Assembly: GCA_000002435.2 (NCBI GenBank)
Contig: CM018793.1
Origin: Giardia intestinalis
Taxonomy: Eukaryota
DNA length: 64,000 bases
Reading direction: 5' to 3' (one strand)
Part shown: one piece after another, positions 40,407 to 50,898 of the stretch
Layout of the letters: the number at the start of each line of letters is the position of its first letter
Position numbering within the stretch: position 1 is the first letter of the stretch
Program-made: the position numbers and the translations under genes
The notes under the pieces: model-generated
Told to the model about the DNA's origin: nothing
What the model saw: only the letters and a program-made list of their open reading frames with translations
Databases searched by the model: none

Positions 40407-42506
40407 ATGAGAGGACTTCAGTTCCTCGAAAGGACCCCTGTGTTTGCTCTAAATGAGCTGCAGGTGGCTCCGTGGCCAGTGCAGCTCCAGGTTGATGGAA
40501 TAAAAAGCCACACATACCTCCCCGCTGGAGGAGTTGTCAAGGCGGTGCCCACACTGGTGACTGAACAGGTCTGTGAGGGGTCGTTCTTTTCTAATATCGA
40601 CAAGAATCTCTTTAGAATGTATAGTACTATCAAAGCTACCCTTGCTGGCCACTCTTCTGAGCGCCTGTTCAAGGCCGCGCTTCAGTCTGCCAACCCATAC
40701 GCAGAGCTCTTTGGGACGATTTTGCGGAACAAGGAGTTGTCAACATTTCGTTTTCTTGAGCTCGGACTAAGCTGCCAACTGTTTGCACACCTGGATCGAG
40801 CCATGCGGAGCCTTCTAACACCTTCTGAAGCCGGGCAGTATATGTGGAACTTTGTAGCCATCTCGCCACATCTATACATGGATGGCATTCGTACATACCT
40901 CGAGACACGCATCCCAGATGTCCCATTGAGTCAAGTCCGAAGTAAGATTCCCTTGAACTACATCTGCATTCACTCTAGAAAGGAGTCGCCGCGGTGTACA
41001 TATTCTAAGATTCCTTTCAAGGCCATTCAGGGCCCGTCTATTGACGATTTTTCACAGGTTGAAAAGCTGCGGGGCATGATTGTCTCCTCTACCCACAGTC
41101 AAGGTGCACACTTTCTTCTACTTGAGTATGACCCGACAATACCGGGTACCGAGCTATACTCAAACTATATTCAATACTCCCAGCTCCCCTACTTCATAGT
41201 ATCCGTCTTGCTCGCTATCTCACCAAGCACAGTCAAATTTGGCGGCTCCTGTGTCTTCAAGGCAACAGACCTCTGGTCACCTATACACGCAGAGCTGCTT
41301 CACCTTTGTGAGGCCTGCTATGAGTATGTCGCAGTCTGTAAAACTGCTACGATGAGGATATTAGACACAGAGCGGTGGGTCGTGCTGAAAGGACGCAACA
41401 GAAACATGTATGATATCGACTATCCTAGTTTTATTAGCTCGATAGAGAAGATCATCAACGTCACATACCCAAAGACACCAAAGGAGCCATTCACATTTTG
41501 CAGCTCTATACTGGGCCCCTTTCTTCAGCGCTCCACGCACCCTATAGACATCTTTAACAATACAGAAAGCTCTACAAGTCTCGCACAGTATATTTTCTAC
41601 AACAACAACTCCGTATTAACTCTCCAAACAAGCCTCTACATCCAAGCCTTACTTCTCCACGGCATAAATAGGAAAAGCTACACTGGACTCATCCAGTTTA
41701 TCAAGGAGTATGCATCGGTCTTAACTTTTAGTGGCGTGCCAGCACCTGCTGAGCCATCCAGACAGAAAGAGGTGGAAGCGCCTGTTCAGTCAGGTGAAGC
41801 TGAAGTTGTCCGTAAAGAAGAAAAGGCAACTCTTGATCCATCATCCCACGAGCAGTCTTGTTCATCAAATGATAGCTCTGGTATGATGGCCTTTAGTGAA
41901 GGTAGTGACCCAGATAACAATTCACTAGACACACATAAGGCACGAATAAGCAATGATATCCTAGTTCCGCCCTTAACGACTGAATATGCCGATGAAGGCA
42001 ACGCTAGCACAGTTAGCGCGGAAGCTCTAGCCATGTGCGAACGGCTGAATCAACACATAGGGAAGCACTACACAGAAGTGGACATAGACGCTCTAGAGAG
42101 TTATTTGATGACGCACTACTCTGTGCGCCCAAGGCAAGTCATTCCCTACCAGTACTACAGAGATAGAATGTTTGGATACTTCCGTGAGATTTTCACAATG
42201 AAGCCTGATACACGCAGTATAGAATACATCATCGGAAAAGATTCAGATCACCCCGGTAGTGGCATAAACTGGAGCAAGGCTGAGCTGCTTTACTCCAGTA
42301 CTGCACAGCTCGTGGAGCGCGAACAAGAGATGCGAAAGGCAGAAGCGGAAGCAAAAGCTCGCGAATCCATGCGGAAAAAGGACGGAGGTGCAGAAATAGT
42401 CAAGATAGGAGGCCTTGCTACTATTAATGATGCAAAGGAACCGGCACCTAGTTCAGCCAAGGAGCCTGAAAGAAAGCAGAAAACAAAAAAGATCAATAGT
42501 AAGTAA
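40407..42506 (+). CDS. Hypothetical protein with possible degenerate FtsJ/RrmJ-like 2'-O-methyltransferase core
   Basis: ORF-track start 40389 is GTG; the first ATG is 40407 (ACAAAAATG). GGSCVFKATDLWS resembles the FtsJ GGxFVxKxF motif, but no clear SAM-binding Gly-rich motif I was found. AGTAAAT polyA signal overlaps the stop. Confidence 0.45.
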   Translation: MRGLQFLERTPVFALNELQVAPWPVQLQVDGIKSHTYLPAGGVVKAVPTLVTEQVCEGSFFSNIDKNLFRMYSTIKATLAGHSSERLFKAALQSANPYAELFGTILRNKELSTFRFLELGLSCQLFAHLDRAMRSLLTPSEAGQYMWNFVAISPHLYMDGIRTYLETRIPDVPLSQVRSKIPLNYICIHSRKESPRCTYSKIPFKAIQGPSIDDFSQVEKLRGMIVSSTHSQGAHFLLLEYDPTIPGTELYSNYIQYSQLPYFIVSVLLAISPSTVKFGGSCVFKATDLWSPIHAELLHLCEACYEYVAVCKTATMRILDTERWVVLKGRNRNMYDIDYPSFISSIEKIINVTYPKTPKEPFTFCSSILGPFLQRSTHPIDIFNNTESSTSLAQYIFYNNNSVLTLQTSLYIQALLLHGINRKSYTGLIQFIKEYASVLTFSGVPAPAEPSRQKEVEAPVQSGEAEVVRKEEKATLDPSSHEQSCSSNDSSGMMAFSEGSDPDNNSLDTHKARISNDILVPPLTTEYADEGNASTVSAEALAMCERLNQHIGKHYTEVDIDALESYLMTHYSVRPRQVIPYQYYRDRMFGYFREIFTMKPDTRSIEYIIGKDSDHPGSGINWSKAELLYSSTAQLVEREQEMRKAEAEAKARESMRKKDGGAEIVKIGGLATINDAKEPAPSSAKEPERKQKTKKINSK

Positions 42507-42508
42507 AT
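42502..42508 (+). promoter_or_regulatory. Polyadenylation signal AGTAAAT overlapping the stop codon of the 40407..42506 gene
   Basis: AAGTAAATAC, with the TAA stop at 42504-42506 embedded in the signal. This is a common Giardia arrangement. Confidence 0.55.
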
Positions 42509-42651
42509 ACTATTTGTACTTATATGTGGATTACTACGATAACGCTCAAACCTTTAAATCAGATGTGTGCATAGTGTAGTGGCTTTAACTTGCAAAATAA
42601 AATTCCACAGAAATTTGAAACAAATCGGGAGTTGAGCTACTTGGCATCCTC

Positions 42652-43971
42652 ATGAAGGGTATACCAATACCAACTAGGAGCTCAAATGATTATGTTCAAC
42701 AAGAAAGTACACACCAAGGTATACTCCGCGAGGCTAAAACTACAGACACTAGAGTATTAGCTAGAGAGCCCTCCCTCTGCTTTGAGGACGCCTTTCAACC
42801 ATATGACCCAAAGAAGCACCATACTGACGCTAGATACATTTCTGGCGCTTTTCAAGAATACTACTCCGGAAAGAAACAGATCGCTCTTGAGGTTCCCCTG
42901 AATCTAGCATCAGTGACAGACCACGATGTTAAGAGTCGCGATCTTTACCATCCCACTGTAGGCCGCAATGTCCTTTCTCCTCGAGGCTTCAGGCTTAACT
43001 GCAGCCCACCCAAACGACCTGAGCTGCCTCTAATGCCGCCAGACAAATTATTGGCGCATGCATCGGAGCGACACCTTAACTCTGTAGCTCTAAATCCCTT
43101 CCTGACAAAGCAGTTATTTCCACACCAGTCCGTTGCCCAATTTATCAGCCTTAGTGACGGTACACTCTGTACTTATCCGCTAACGCACCAACAGGTGAGA
43201 TCAAAATACAGGCGATCATATACCCCCTTTCGGCCAGCTCCTCCAGCCCATGCATCCGCCCGCAACCTCACGTCTCCACTAGGTTCATTTGCAGAGCCAA
43301 CTATTCTAGGAAGTTCGCCACAATCCAATTTTGCTTGCAAGAAGCGTGTATGTATTAGCAACGCTAACTTGTCTGCGTACTTCAGAAAAACGCAAGAGAT
43401 ACATATGAAGCTCTTCCCGGTGGTGGACAATCGAGGCATTCCTGGAAAGAAATATCGATCTGAAAGCGTTCCTGCTATAACACCTATGGTCACCAATGAA
43501 AACTTCTTTGCGCAGCCTCTACAATCTCCCTTCAAAAACCTAAGCCCCTATATTTCTAGTCTAAAGCACTCCCCACCCCCTGCTCAAAAGCGCCCGGCAA
43601 GCACGTATATTGTGGACTCTTTCCCCGGTCGACTTGTGGGCGAGAAGAGACCGCTGACAACTACCATATCTACCTCTAAAGCCAATAACTCGAGACAGCA
43701 CTCTCCCTCATTCAAGAGTCAAGATAGTCCCCTCACAAGAGAGTTGACGGCCAAGGAGGCTACTCAACTGGGGGGAAGACCCCAACGGTCGGCACCAACT
43801 ATTGCCAGGCGGCCAACAATGCGAAGTTCGTTAGGTGCATGGGCTCTCGATCAAAGCCCAGCAGAAGAGATCCTTGAAAAAGTCAACCGTGAGCATGCAC
43901 TACCTCCAAGACGCATAAACTTCAGTTGCAAAAAAACCATTCCACTGTATCGGGCACGCTCCACAGGATGA
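42652..43971 (+). CDS. Hypothetical Pro/Ser-rich disordered protein (439 aa)
   Basis: ATG at 42652 (checked). Low-complexity composition. Confidence 0.45.
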   Translation: MKGIPIPTRSSNDYVQQESTHQGILREAKTTDTRVLAREPSLCFEDAFQPYDPKKHHTDARYISGAFQEYYSGKKQIALEVPLNLASVTDHDVKSRDLYHPTVGRNVLSPRGFRLNCSPPKRPELPLMPPDKLLAHASERHLNSVALNPFLTKQLFPHQSVAQFISLSDGTLCTYPLTHQQVRSKYRRSYTPFRPAPPAHASARNLTSPLGSFAEPTILGSSPQSNFACKKRVCISNANLSAYFRKTQEIHMKLFPVVDNRGIPGKKYRSESVPAITPMVTNENFFAQPLQSPFKNLSPYISSLKHSPPPAQKRPASTYIVDSFPGRLVGEKRPLTTTISTSKANNSRQHSPSFKSQDSPLTRELTAKEATQLGGRPQRSAPTIARRPTMRSSLGAWALDQSPAEEILEKVNREHALPPRRINFSCKKTIPLYRARSTG

Positions 43972-44352
43972 TCAACCTGACATCTTGAGCTTGCACTCAA
44001 GACATTTGGAAGAGCACTTTTAGGAGCATCTCTCAGAATTGGTCGCCGACCACAGCTCACTCCGATAAAGGCATACCATAAGCAGCACAATTACCTTAGA
44101 TTGAATAGTACATCAGTCTGGCAGTTCATAAATGGTTATGAGTTCCTTATCTTATTGCTTTAGCGATTGGTATTAAGTGCGCGTGCATAAAGCTTCACAA
44201 TTACAGAGTACTGCCCAGTGCACACCATGTTCTTTAATATAGAGCTAACCATGCATCCTTCATTTAACTATATTATCAAGTAATTCTCATCCTTGGTACT
44301 TATAAAGCGTGCATATCTGTTTGGTTAGTCACAATGCATAGAGCTCCTGAAA

Positions 44353-47076
44353 CTATAAATCAGATTCTTGTAATACAAACATGTTTTCAATAAGAGCTCG
44401 GCAATAGGGACATTTCCAGATAGATTCTACGGTGTATATCTTATCAGTACAAAACGAGCAGATAACCAGGTGTCGACAAGGTAAGAGCACACAGTCGGGT
44501 TGACGAGACATGCACACTATGCACGCATTCTCCGAGTGAGATTCTTCCAGCTTATAGAAGTGGTCGTCGAGCTCATCGAGAGAATTTTCGGACTCGCCTA
44601 AGATAGCGGCCCAAAGTAGCTCCAGGAAGCCTGGGAATGCACAGGATAGCTCCTGATATTCTCTATGTGAAAGAAGCGCAGCTAACAAGCGAGTTGAGAA
44701 TTTGCGTGTTATTGAGAGGAACACTGTGTTTGTGAGATCATCTCTAATACTCTCGTAGCAGGCTGCAAACGCTTCTTCAGTGTCTTGATTCATCTGATAG
44801 AACTCTCGTAGTTTAGTGAAACATAACTTCCCACTGGGGTCAGAGATGCATGCTTCTGACAGCAATAAGAGAGAGCATTTGCGATGACCGTGCTTTAGTG
44901 CGAGGAATAGAGCGCAGTTGCCATTTGAGTCAAACATGCCGGATTCAGATGCCACCAATTTCTCTATGATGCAGTCCTTGCCTGCTGCAGCTGCTATCAT
45001 CAGAGCAGTGGTTCCCGACGGATGCATCATGCAGTAATCTGTCGACTTCATACCCACTTCAGAAGACAGGTAATTGACAGCTTTATCATGCCCATTTAAG
45101 GCCGCATACATCAGCGCTGTCCAGCCAGTATTATCACACACGCCAATCTCTGTTGTTAGATGTTTAATAGCATTAATATGCCCTTTGCTGGCAGCATGCA
45201 TCAGGGAGGTCTGACCATTCTGGTCCTGTATCTTCCCTTCTAGAGTTATCAATAAATCGATAATCTTTATGTTACCCTTTCTAGCTGCTTTCATAAGGGC
45301 TGTTTGGCCATTGTGGTCTCGACGACCTGCTTCCTTTAAAAGAAGCCTTGCACAATTGATTTTGTTGGCTTCAGATGCATGCATTAAAGCTGTCTCTTTG
45401 GACTGATTTAGATAGCCCAGTTCAACCTCAGCGAGCTTTTCGGCAATGTCGCTATGCCCCATTGCACTGGCAATCATAAGCGCCGTTGTCCCCTTCCAAT
45501 ATGGCCGTCTAAAATGAAGACGCTCTGTAGACTGAAGACCGGCTTCTTCTGCAAAGAAGTAACCTAGGTAGTCTGTGTGACCTGAAAGAGCCACGTGCAT
45601 AAGCGCCGTCCACCCGTTACTATCACGCATTCCTCGCTGGTAAATAAACCGGGAAAGAAGCACCTCGTCGCGCATTACCGCCCCAACCATGAGCATTGTA
45701 TATCCATGTGTATAATTGAGCTTTGCACGCTTAGCAAGCAGGAATGCGGCACAGTACGTATGGTCCAATCGAAGTGCAGTGTCCAGAGGAGCTTCATCAG
45801 CTTCTTTCAGGTCATCGAGCAGGCTCATAACAAGGTCATCACGCCGATGCAGCACACCAAAATCAAGGGGTGTTCGGTAAGTCTTATCTCGGATATCAAG
45901 TTCAGAGGTAAGAAGCTTTGCGCAGGCCTTGTTATCGGCTAAGACTGCATAGTGGAGTGCAGTAAGCCCATCACAGTCCTGAAGTCTCTGCTCTTTATTT
46001 AATAGGAGAGAGACGATTGCAGTGTAACCATAGTGTGCGCTCCTCATTAAAGCAGTACAACCAGAGAGATCCTGCTGCCCTGCCTCATCAATTCTGCTCT
46101 GAACAAGATCGATAGAGCCAGAGATGGCAGCTTCAAAGAGAGTTAACCCGTCCGGTGAAGGAGGAGGAATCCTGTCGCCTAGTTCATCTCCAAGTAAAGA
46201 CAGAACATGTAAGTGGCCTTCCGAAACCTCTTCGTCTTGAGTATTATGCGCACTGTACTGTGCATGCCAAGACGCAGTGTGGCCAGCCGTATCCTGCAAT
46301 CCCTGCTCATATGGTTTTAGTAAGTGAACTATATGTGTCAGGCCTCGCGAGGCTGCAATCATGAGGGCTGTTGTTCCGGGTTTATAGAAGTCCCAATCGG
46401 ATGACGTTTGTGCACCAGCTTCGCAAAGCAAAAGGCGCACGCAGTCTATATTATTAGAATAAGTTGCATACATCAACGCGGTCCACCCCTCGTCATTTCT
46501 GAAAGAATTCTCGCGAGTTCGTAAGAACCGGATTGCTGTGGGACGATTATACATGGCTGCATGCATAAGGGCCGTCATTCCACACCCTCCTTTGATGCCA
46601 TGTTCTAGCTCAGCAAGCAGTTCAATCGACCGCATGTGCCCAGGGGAGACTACATATCCTTCTCTTATTGCATAGATTAGCGCAGTTGAGTCAGAGGAGT
46701 CTATCATTCCTGCCTCATAGGCCATTAAGATACGGACTAGCTCATCATATCCATAGGTTGCAGCAACCATAAGAGCCGTCGTTCCAGATGAAAACTGGTC
46801 CCATCGATTGGCCATTGTTAGGCCCGTCTCCACAAGTAGCAATTTGGCACAGTCAATGTAGTTGTTCATCACAGCGTAAATAAGAGCTGTCCACCCCTCT
46901 GCATCCTGGAAGCAGGCTTCCTTGCTTACCAGAATCTCAACACAGCCGGGGTGATTATTGGCTGCAGCACACATCAATGCAGTTTTTCCACCTGGAGTCC
47001 TTCTTCCTACTTGGTCAATATGCTGCATAACGCCATTCACATCTCCACGCTCAGCTGCATCAATTAACTCTGACAT
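44353..47076 (-). CDS. Ankyrin-repeat protein (Protein 21.1 type) with C-terminal C3HC4 RING finger, putative E3 ubiquitin ligase
   Basis: More than 20 ankyrin repeats (…GKTALMCAAANNHPGCVEILV…, …GWTALMYAALNGHDKAVNYL…). C-terminal RING: CIVCMSRQPDCVLLPCRHLVICSFCTDKIYTVESIWKCPYCRALI. Confidence 0.85.
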   Translation of the reverse strand: MSELIDAAERGDVNGVMQHIDQVGRRTPGGKTALMCAAANNHPGCVEILVSKEACFQDAEGWTALIYAVMNNYIDCAKLLLVETGLTMANRWDQFSSGTTALMVAATYGYDELVRILMAYEAGMIDSSDSTALIYAIREGYVVSPGHMRSIELLAELEHGIKGGCGMTALMHAAMYNRPTAIRFLRTRENSFRNDEGWTALMYATYSNNIDCVRLLLCEAGAQTSSDWDFYKPGTTALMIAASRGLTHIVHLLKPYEQGLQDTAGHTASWHAQYSAHNTQDEEVSEGHLHVLSLLGDELGDRIPPPSPDGLTLFEAAISGSIDLVQSRIDEAGQQDLSGCTALMRSAHYGYTAIVSLLLNKEQRLQDCDGLTALHYAVLADNKACAKLLTSELDIRDKTYRTPLDFGVLHRRDDLVMSLLDDLKEADEAPLDTALRLDHTYCAAFLLAKRAKLNYTHGYTMLMVGAVMRDEVLLSRFIYQRGMRDSNGWTALMHVALSGHTDYLGYFFAEEAGLQSTERLHFRRPYWKGTTALMIASAMGHSDIAEKLAEVELGYLNQSKETALMHASEANKINCARLLLKEAGRRDHNGQTALMKAARKGNIKIIDLLITLEGKIQDQNGQTSLMHAASKGHINAIKHLTTEIGVCDNTGWTALMYAALNGHDKAVNYLSSEVGMKSTDYCMMHPSGTTALMIAAAAGKDCIIEKLVASESGMFDSNGNCALFLALKHGHRKCSLLLLSEACISDPSGKLCFTKLREFYQMNQDTEEAFAACYESIRDDLTNTVFLSITRKFSTRLLAALLSHREYQELSCAFPGFLELLWAAILGESENSLDELDDHFYKLEESHSENACIVCMSRQPDCVLLPCRHLVICSFCTDKIYTVESIWKCPYCRALIENMFVLQESDL

Positions 47077-47803
47077 TTAAAATTTAATGAATCGGGCTTC
47101 TTCAATTCAGTAGACACTACCACAGCTTCCATAGATGGATAATGCTATAATATCGGGTCTCCTAAAGCTGCAGGTTGAAGGCGTAACTGTTGGAAGAAAG
47201 TTATGCGTTGTGATGGAATCTTTGACTGCATTACTTTTTACAACATAGTCAGGATTTATGATATATGCCCTATAGAGATCCGTATCTCGATGCAGATTCT
47301 CATTCCACTAACGTGCTTTTTTGAACTAGAACGCATCAAATATATGGTAATGATACAGTAGATAGTACTGGTATCTTACATGAAGAAGAGCTAACAGCGT
47401 GGCCACAATCTATCATCTAGCTGGGTCCAATTTAACTGACATTAGTTTCATAGCAATTACAAAATAGTATGTGTAAAAGCATTCTTCTGTCCAGTAGTGT
47501 TCTAATGTTCTCATCTCAAATCTAAGAGTATATCTCCACGAAGCTTTGAGTTATCAAGACAATCCCAATATTATCGAGCGCTTTGTTCACATGGTTTTCC
47601 TAATATGGCATGATAGAGAGAATGCGCTAAGAAATTAAGGCAGCTAGCAGAGATAGTATCCCACATAAAAAAATTAGCAAGGTAAGTTTGAGAATATACG
47701 TTGCTAAGAAGCTATTCACTTTAGCAGTGGTTTAAAATACCGTCCTAAAATACTATGAACACTACCTTATTATGACTACACGTATACGCGCTTTTTCACA
47801 TTA

Positions 47804-50257
47804 TTACACAGATTTTGAGCGAACGAGCGCTGTAGTACTCGAAGAAGCACCGATGTGCTTGCTTCTACAAAGGAACCACCAGCAAAGGAAACCAACCAAA
47901 ACACCGATGACAACTACCCCGGCCACTGTCCCCCCTGCGATCGCCGCCGTCCTCTTCCTGGCCAGCTCCTTGGCTGGGACACAGACGCCCTTCGTGAGGA
48001 CCGCGTCGAGCTCGCACATGCACAGCCCCTGGTTCGATGAGGCCCTGGCACCGCACCCCTCTGCACATGTCCGCTGATCTATCTGGATGTTATGATTCGA
48101 GGCGGCACACAAGAGGCACTTACCCGACTCATCGCAGGCAGCACACAACGGCATGTCAGGGGGACACTCGGTTGGGAGCACACACCCGGACCTGTCCAGC
48201 GCCGGCAGGAAGCCCCGCTCGCACCAGCACCTCCGCACGCCACCGGACACCTCTCCCACCACTTTGTCCCCACTGCACTCCCCCAGGCACGACCGCCCGT
48301 CCAGGCTCACGAAGAGCTCCCCCGCACACTCTGTGCAGAAGGAGGTATGCCCGCAGGTCTTGCACCCCGGAGTGGCGCAGGGCAGGCACGCATCTCCGTC
48401 TGCGTAGTACCCGTCCCCACAGGCGTTGGGGTCAATGCAGCTCCCGGTGGTGGCACCCGAGGTCCTCTTCAGGAGCTTGTCAGAGGGGCACCTGGTGCAG
48501 CGGCCGGGGCCAGGGGCAGTGCACCCCAGACATGTCGGATCGCACTCCAGCAGCTTTCCATCGTCCGATATCCAGTACCCCTTCTTGGTCGTTGTGCACT
48601 TTCCGTTTGACTGCTTACCACAGATAGTGCTTCCTGGATAGTGCACCGTTGTGTAGCAGCCCCCGTTCATCAGGAAGGCCGCTCCTGAGCATGTAGTACA
48701 AGCACCATTTGTCGTACTGGTACAGTACGCGTCCCTTTGTGTGTTCGGAATACACACCCCGTTGAACGGATACGTGCTTGCGTCCTTGCAGCGCGTGCAG
48801 TACCTGCTGCCGTCGATGGTGATGCCGCACTCTGCACACTCACTACCAACAGAACACTGGCTAACGCAGTCTGCGCTCTCGCTGGAGGCAATCGAGAAGT
48901 TCAGGATCTTACCGGGACTGCACTGCTGGCAGCCGGTTGGTGTGCCATCTTTGCAGACAGCGCACGAGTTTGTGCATGGTGTGCACGTTCCAGAGCTGTT
49001 GTAGAACGTCGGCCTGCAGACGCAGCGGCACGACAGTATCTTGGTTGAGCTACTCTTTTCTACTATCTCTGTGCACGCCCCCCGAGTGTCTCCACTGCAG
49101 CTCTCACTGCAGGACTTCCCATCCACTCCTAGGTATCCCGCCGAGCACCGCGTACACGTCACACCGTTATTGTAGCCGCATGTAGCACAGCCACGCACAC
49201 CGTTGTTTCCAGCGTCGCCGCATAAGTATCGGTCGCCACTGCTAGTATCAGTTTTAGGAAAAATGAAGTCAAAAGTACTGCTCCACTGGGTGCATTTTCC
49301 CTGGTCGATCTTCTGGCACAGCCTTGAGCCGATGAAGGAGTTTCTGTCATAGCAGCCGCCATAGAACAAGAAAGACTTCCCGGTGCTGGAGCAACCTGTG
49401 CACAACCCTCTGCTTGCATCTTTCGTGCAGTCAGAAAACAGGCTTCCGGAGGCGCTTTCCCCGACGAAGGTGCACCCCCCATTCTTGGGTGCGTGCGACG
49501 TGTTCACGCACTCTGTGCAGATCGTCACGTTGTCTAGCTCGTACTGATTCGCCCCCGCGCATATGGCAAATCCAGTCGAACTGTGTCGACTATAGCATCC
49601 ATATTCATAGAACAAATGTGTCTTGTGGCATGACGTACAATACCCGTTAATGCAGTTGTGAAGCCCTTTGGCTTGACACTGATAGTCAATCGGATAGAGA
49701 CTTCTAGGATTACATTCAAAGCACAGCGCAATACCTACTTTGTCAGTGATGGGGGGAAGGCAGTCTAGACACCCAGAGGCGCCCTTGTACCCATTGAACC
49801 CGACCGTGTCGGAGCACAGAATGCACTTCTCAGCTGCACCCACATCTGGATTGGTGAAGACATATTTCTTGATAGTTTGTACGTTACATTCGGTACACTT
49901 GCCGCCTGTTGCTTGACAACAGATGTCACTCCCGACAGTAGATTGATCTATCGTATAGCAGCCACCGTAGAATAGGAACACGTTTTGCTCTGACTTGCAC
50001 TCGACACATCGAGTCGGCGACGAGGCGTCATCTGGAATGCATACAGAAGAAGCATCTAGCAGCTGACATGTTCCATTTATCGGGACGTAGCCAGAAACGC
50101 ACTGGGTGCACAACTCATCTCGCCCCACAAAGATGCACCTATTCTGAGCACAATTGTTTTGGTTATTTTTGCACGCTACACCGAAGCTGTTGTAATATAT
50201 TTCCGCAGCTGCTTCACAGAATGAGGCAAAAAGAAGCACTGACAGCAAACCGAGCAT
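47804..50257 (-). CDS. High-cysteine membrane protein (HCMP; VSP-like CXXC-rich ectodomain with longer cytoplasmic tail)
   Basis: Signal peptide MLGLLSVLLFASFCEA, dozens of CXXC and GGCY motifs, and a C-terminal TM helix plus tail (VVVIGVLVGFLCWWFLCRSKHIGASSSTTALVRSKSV) rather than the VSP CRGKA ending. GC-rich codons produce spurious ORFs in all frames. Confidence 0.85.
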   Translation of the reverse strand: MLGLLSVLLFASFCEAAAEIYYNSFGVACKNNQNNCAQNRCIFVGRDELCTQCVSGYVPINGTCQLLDASSVCIPDDASSPTRCVECKSEQNVFLFYGGCYTIDQSTVGSDICCQATGGKCTECNVQTIKKYVFTNPDVGAAEKCILCSDTVGFNGYKGASGCLDCLPPITDKVGIALCFECNPRSLYPIDYQCQAKGLHNCINGYCTSCHKTHLFYEYGCYSRHSSTGFAICAGANQYELDNVTICTECVNTSHAPKNGGCTFVGESASGSLFSDCTKDASRGLCTGCSSTGKSFLFYGGCYDRNSFIGSRLCQKIDQGKCTQWSSTFDFIFPKTDTSSGDRYLCGDAGNNGVRGCATCGYNNGVTCTRCSAGYLGVDGKSCSESCSGDTRGACTEIVEKSSSTKILSCRCVCRPTFYNSSGTCTPCTNSCAVCKDGTPTGCQQCSPGKILNFSIASSESADCVSQCSVGSECAECGITIDGSRYCTRCKDASTYPFNGVCIPNTQRDAYCTSTTNGACTTCSGAAFLMNGGCYTTVHYPGSTICGKQSNGKCTTTKKGYWISDDGKLLECDPTCLGCTAPGPGRCTRCPSDKLLKRTSGATTGSCIDPNACGDGYYADGDACLPCATPGCKTCGHTSFCTECAGELFVSLDGRSCLGECSGDKVVGEVSGGVRRCWCERGFLPALDRSGCVLPTECPPDMPLCAACDESGKCLLCAASNHNIQIDQRTCAEGCGARASSNQGLCMCELDAVLTKGVCVPAKELARKRTAAIAGGTVAGVVVIGVLVGFLCWWFLCRSKHIGASSSTTALVRSKSV

Positions 50258-50872
50258 TGGATTTTACATTACAAAACTTATTGCAATTTTTTCTTAAAGG
50301 GTTTATGCACATAACTCTGTTCTTTACTAGCCTCATGATCGCACTCTTCTAATCATGCTAAATTAAGGCTTTTCTAGTTCTCAACCTCTTTGGTGCTTGT
50401 GTCTTTTTCTTCGCAACTTGTAAATTATATCTTTTTGGAGTAATACTGCTCATGAAAGTATGAACCGACTAGGCAACTCATTGGACGATGCAGTAACAGT
50501 GGTAGGTTATAAATCTATTTATTTGACGAATAAAAGGTGATTCGCCCCATCCATCGGCTATTTTCAGGGCTGTGCTGTAGGTGCCCGTCTGCAAGCATGC
50601 GGCTCCAGCGTGCCGCGCGAAGCCCCCGGGCGCACCCCCATCGTCCAGGCACCGATAGAGCTCCCTCGCAGATCGAGCCTCCTACCGTGTTTGCAGGAGC
50701 AATGGAATGCGAGATTCGCAGGAGCCCAGAGATCGAGCACGACTACCACTCGGTGTGAGGTCAGGCATCATGCGCTAGAACCCTGGGTCAGCGCCCCAGC
50801 CCGCCAGTGTGAGGCGCCGGGCACTCACTGCTCACCCACGCCAGAACACCGCCCACCTGTTCACCACACAGC

Positions 50873-50879
50873 GTTTACT
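50873..50879 (-). promoter_or_regulatory. Polyadenylation signal AGTAAAC downstream of the VSP gene
   Basis: The reverse complement of GTTTACT lies 20 nt after the VSP TAG stop. Confidence 0.6.
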
Positions 50880-50898
50880 ACCTAAGTCACAGCTAAAT

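Noticed and set aside
47855-49731. Many overlapping 60-200-aa ORFs in all six frames (for example 48037..48627, 48092..48610, 48156..48389, 48737..49048)
   Set aside because: They lie inside the very GC-rich, Cys/Gly-codon-rich HCMP gene. Stop-codon-poor sequence gives spurious open frames with Arg/Pro/Ala-rich nonsense translations. Only the 817-aa minus-strand frame has signal peptide, CXXC and TM logic.
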